Shown here: one piece after another, positions 23,009 to 24,724 of the stretch
Layout of the letters: every line of letters begins with the position of its first letter
Position numbering within the stretch: position 1 is the first letter of the stretch
Virus record (IMG/VR): IMGVR_UViG_3300025138_000331
Location: 1 to 24,724 of that record
Length of the DNA stretch: 24,724 nucleotides
From: a virus
Taxonomy: Duplodnaviria > Caudoviricetes
Strand: one strand, 5' to 3'
The notes under the pieces: generated by a model
Told to the model about the DNA's origin: nothing
Database searches by the model: none
What the model saw: the letters and a program-made list of their open reading frames with translations, nothing else
Position numbers and translations under genes: made by a program

Positions 23009-23690
23009 TTTTATTTTTATATTCTATAAATTTTTGGTGTAATGTTTTTTCTATATCTTCAGGAACAGATTTATAGTAAGTACCTTCTCCTAAAATTTGA
23101 GTAGGTATATTTTCTTTAAGTGATGTTATAGAGTCTACCATTAACTTCTGTTCTAAATTTTGAATTCTGATATTTAAATCAACTAATGAATCATCTTTAT
23201 ATATTTTAATTTCTTCTTTTAAGATGCTTTTCCCTCTATCAATTGATTTATCTATTAAATGAGTTGTTACTCCTTGTGGAATATTATCTAAAATAGCCCA
23301 CTTAATATTATCTAATCCTCTATTTTTTGGAAGCAGCCCAGGATGCATATTAAGTACTCCTATAGTGAAGTTTTCAAATGCAATTGGTTTTAATATTCTT
23401 GCCCCTAATATTATACCTAAATCTAGGTTATATTCTTTTACTTGATTATTTGTTTCTTCTGAGTTATGGATTAATATTTTATAATCAATTCCATGTTGTC
23501 TTGCTATTTCTTTAGGATGGGTTAAATATAAGTCTTTAGGTGTTATTCTTATTTTTGATTTATAAAAATTTAGTTTAACTGGATCTGATGCAAATATTAC
23601 TTTAGGTTTATTACCTGATATTATTAAATTGTTTATTCCTTCTTGGGTTTTCCAATGTGGAAAATTGTAAGCAAATACTCCTATATTCAT
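22998..23690 (-). CDS. N10-formyl-THF-dependent formyltransferase (sugar N-formyltransferase-like)
   Basis: LNMHPGLLP.NRG, GVTTHLID..ID.G. Confidence 0.88.
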   Translation of the reverse strand: MNIGVFAYNFPHWKTQEGINNLIISGNKPKVIFASDPVKLNFYKSKIRITPKDLYLTHPKEIARQHGIDYKILIHNSEETNNQVKEYNLDLGIILGARILKPIAFENFTIGVLNMHPGLLPKNRGLDNIKWAILDNIPQGVTTHLIDKSIDRGKSILKEEIKIYKDDSLVDLNIRIQNLEQKLMVDSITSLKENIPTQILGEGTYYKSVPEDIEKTLHQKFIEYKNKNGK

Positions 23691-24214
23691 TATTTTTTAA
23701 TTTTATTATGATATTTTTCTCCTTTTTTTATATCTTTATTAATAAAAGTTAAAGCTCCAATTATTGCTTTATCTCCAATATTACACCCCATTTGAACTAC
23801 ACTATGAGGTCCAATATAAACTCCATTTCCTATTTTTGTAGGGTTATATTCTATTTTTTCTTTACCTAAAGAAGTTGACCATTTTACAGTATGATGAGTA
23901 TAAATTTGAGCCCCTGCTGATATAGAACAATAATCACCTATCTCTAATCCACCACTTCCATCTAATACAACATTAGGCCCAATCCAACAATTTTTACCAA
24001 CTTTAACATCTCCTAAAATTAAAACATTATCGTAAACTGAAGTACCTTCTCCAAACCCTTCTTTTTTACCTCTTTCCCATCTATCATTGAGATAATCCCC
24101 CAAAGAAAGACTTCTATTATATTTAGATTTTTTATTTAGGTATAACCTATTATAAACCTTTTTATATATTATTAAGAATAAATTTTTCAATTTTTTTACA
24201 TATTTTTTTAACAT
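23690..24214 (-). CDS. hexapeptide-repeat acyltransferase (WbpD/LbetaH-like)
   Basis: VKVGKNCWIGP, IGDYCSIS..QIYTH, IGNGVYIG, IGDKAIIGA. Confidence 0.88.
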   Translation of the reverse strand: MLKKYVKKLKNLFLIIYKKVYNRLYLNKKSKYNRSLSLGDYLNDRWERGKKEGFGEGTSVYDNVLILGDVKVGKNCWIGPNVVLDGSGGLEIGDYCSISAGAQIYTHHTVKWSTSLGKEKIEYNPTKIGNGVYIGPHSVVQMGCNIGDKAIIGALTFINKDIKKGEKYHNKIKK

Positions 24215-24724
24215 TTACTCCTCCATAACATGGTAATGTTATTGTATTTTGTTCTAAGTATAAAGCATTAGGTTGAACCTTATTATATTTTGTTTTATAA
24301 TAAGTTGTATTACTTAAACAATAAGTTCCTAATGTTGATTCTATCCCACAAGATTTTAAAAATAAAATTAATTCATCTCTTTTTATATCTTTAGGGACTT
24401 GAAAAATTACAGATTGAATATTATGAAAAGCCCCAAAGCTTAAAGTTTGAGGTGTAAAACCTAAAGGTGTTAATAAATTAATATATTGGTTTTTTATTTT
24501 ATTTCTAGAAAATATAACTGAATTGAGTTTTTTTAAACTTTCAATTCCCATTACAGCTTGAAATTCAGTCATTCTATAATTATATCCAGGTTGGATGAAG
24601 TCTAATTTATTATTATTGTAAATAGCTCCATGATTTAATTTTACCTTAAGTAAATCGGCATATGCTTTATTATTTGTAGTAATTGCACCTCCCTCTCCTG
24701 TTGTTAATAATTTTCTTGGATGAA
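24162..24724 (-). CDS. DegT/DnrJ/EryC1/StrS aminotransferase, C-terminal half (5' end outside the window)
   Basis: Frame stays open beyond the track start to the window edge: HPRKLLTTGEGGAITTN...NHG...PGYNYRMTEFQAVMG...ITLPCY. Confidence 0.92.
   Translation of the reverse strand, partial: HPRKLLTTGEGGAITTNNKAYADLLKVKLNHGAIYNNNKLDFIQPGYNYRMTEFQAVMGIESLKKLNSVIFSRNKIKNQYINLLTPLGFTPQTLSFGAFHNIQSVIFQVPKDIKRDELILFLKSCGIESTLGTYCLSNTTYYKTKYNKVQPNALYLEQNTITLPCYGGVNVKKICKKIEKFILNNI

Noticed and set aside
1-24724. Stop-codon reassignment, as seen in some Bacteroidota phages
   Set aside because: Genes tile the window densely in code 11, TAA, TGA and TAG all end genes next to the following start, and conserved enzymes are uninterrupted.
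1-24724. tRNA, rRNA or self-splicing intron
   Set aside because: No intergenic gap shows a cloverleaf or T-loop signature, the largest gaps are only about 100-170 nt, and no conserved gene appears split.

Overview
AT-rich, gene-dense segment with essentially every real gene on the minus strand, read in the standard bacterial code. It is best explained as part of a large lytic dsDNA phage infecting Bacteroidota. Evidence: a T4 gp30-like ATP-dependent DNA ligase at the left edge, many tiny ORFs, no Shine-Dalgarno motifs, and ten copies of a Bacteroidota sigma-A-type promoter (TTG-N20-TATATT[T/C/A]A). Left part (1-~14.3 kb): accessory/early region of small genes set between near-identical, visibly chimeric ~50-75 bp promoter/translation-start repeats, several of which flank single-gene cassettes. 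Cargo includes a truncated RadA/Sms-like ATPase, a GH16 glycoside hydrolase, an i-type/SLT-like lysozyme, a very acidic DNA-mimic candidate, a lipoprotein, a HExxH protease, and HNH and SWIM proteins. Two acidic proteins there share a capsid-targeting-like N-terminus behind a different (TATTTATA) motif. Middle (14.3-17 kb): small regulators (HTH plus degenerate HNH, DksA/TraR-type Zn finger, UVR-like paralogues). Right part (17-24.7 kb): a contiguous nucleotide-sugar synthesis and glycosylation cluster (2 DegT aminotransferases, 2 acetyltransferases, formyltransferase, epimerase/dehydratase, Gfo/Idh/MocA oxidoreductase, methyltransferase, 3 GT-A glycosyltransferases). All calls come from reading motifs by eye; no database search was run.
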